DNA of 15,605 nucleotides from a virus (Duplodnaviria; Heunggongvirae; Uroviricota; Caudoviricetes): IMG/VR virus record IMGVR_UViG_2671180577_000016; one strand, 5' to 3'. Shown piece by piece: positions 14,914 to 15,605 of this stretch (position 1 is its first letter; each line of letters starts with the position of its first letter). The notes under the pieces were generated by a model. It saw only the letters and a program-made list of their open reading frames with translations, ran no database searches and was not told where the DNA came from. The position numbers and the translations under genes were made by a program.

Positions 14914-15605
14914 TGCAGGATATTCACGAAGAAAGCCTGAACGAGTCGGTTAAGTCAGAGCAGTCACCGCGGGTGGTACTCTGGGAAATCGACCTGACGG
15001 TACAGGGTGGTGAGCGGTATTTTTTCTGTAATGAGCTGAATGAAAAAGGGGAGCCGGTCACCTGGCAGGGGCGGCAATATCAGGCATACCCGATTGACGG
15101 CAGCGGTTTTGAGATGAGCGGGAAGGGCAGCAGTGCCCGCCCGTCGCTGACGGTGTCCAATCTGTTTGGTCTGGTCACCGGAATGGCGGAGGATTTGCAG
15201 AGCCTGGTGGGGGCCACGGTGGTCCGCCGCCGGGTGTATGCCCGTTTTCTGGATGCGGTGAATTTTGTGGCGGGCAATCCGGAAGCGGACCCGGAGCAGG
15301 AGCTGAGCGACCGCTGGGTGGTGGAGCAGATGTCAGAGCTGACGGCCATGACAGCCTCGTTTGTGCTGGCCACACCGACCGAGACGGACGGGGCGCTGTT
15401 TCCCGGTCGCATCATGCTGGCGAACACCTGTATGTGGGATTACCGGGGAGATGAATGCGGGTATAACGGTCCTGCGGTGGCGGATGAGTTCGATAAACCC
15501 ACCACCGATATCCGTAAGGACAGATGCAGCAAGTGCATGCGCGGGTGTGAGATGCGCGGCATGGTGGCTAATTTTGGCGGTTTCCTTTCCATTAACAAAC
15601 TTTCG
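14913..15605 (+). CDS. Minor tail protein L (lambda gpL homolog), 3'-truncated by window end
   Basis: ATG at 14913 overlaps the M stop (TGATG). My translation MQDIHEESLNESVKSEQSPRVVLWEIDLTVQGGERYFFCNELNEKGEPVTWQGRQYQAYPIDGSGFE...GDECGYNGPAVADEFDKPTTDIRKDRCSKCMRGCEMRGMVANFGGFLSINKLS is highly similar to lambda L, including the Cys cluster. No stop is reached before 15605. It is absent from the ORF track because it is open-ended. Confidence 0.9.
   Translation, partial: MQDIHEESLNESVKSEQSPRVVLWEIDLTVQGGERYFFCNELNEKGEPVTWQGRQYQAYPIDGSGFEMSGKGSSARPSLTVSNLFGLVTGMAEDLQSLVGATVVRRRVYARFLDAVNFVAGNPEADPEQELSDRWVVEQMSELTAMTASFVLATPTETDGALFPGRIMLANTCMWDYRGDECGYNGPAVADEFDKPTTDIRKDRCSKCMRGCEMRGMVANFGGFLSINKLS

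Noticed and set aside
1-15605. tRNA, rRNA or other structured RNA genes
   Set aside because: No cloverleaf-like segments or rRNA-like conserved blocks were noticed by eye. Nearly the whole window is occupied by protein-coding sequence, though a covariance-model scan would be needed to exclude small RNAs.

Overview
This window is the late (packaging and morphogenesis) region of a lambdoid siphovirus-type prophage from an enterobacterium (E. coli/Shigella-like), read left to right on the + strand as one tightly packed operon. The far left holds the end of an IS3-family insertion sequence (continuing off the window), an AT-rich spacer with a small hydrophobic ORF, and a minus-strand YlcI/YnfO-like gene. 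Then come: HNH endonuclease, a palindrome-rich cos-like intergenic region, terminase small and large subunits, a fused HK97-type prohead protease/major capsid protein, portal, a tandem-repeat protein of unknown role, four head-tail joining proteins, major tail protein with a C-terminal Ig-like domain, tail assembly chaperones G and G-T (with an A-AAA-AAG -1 slippery site), a 1080-aa tape measure protein, and lambda M- and L-like minor tail proteins (L truncated by the window end). I found no rRNA, tRNA or CRISPR array and no recognisable defence system. The candidates for novelty are the repeat protein at 7301-8362, the AT-rich island with the small membrane-peptide ORF, and the palindrome array between HNH and terS. 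All calls rest on reading the supplied translations and sequence by eye; no database search was run.
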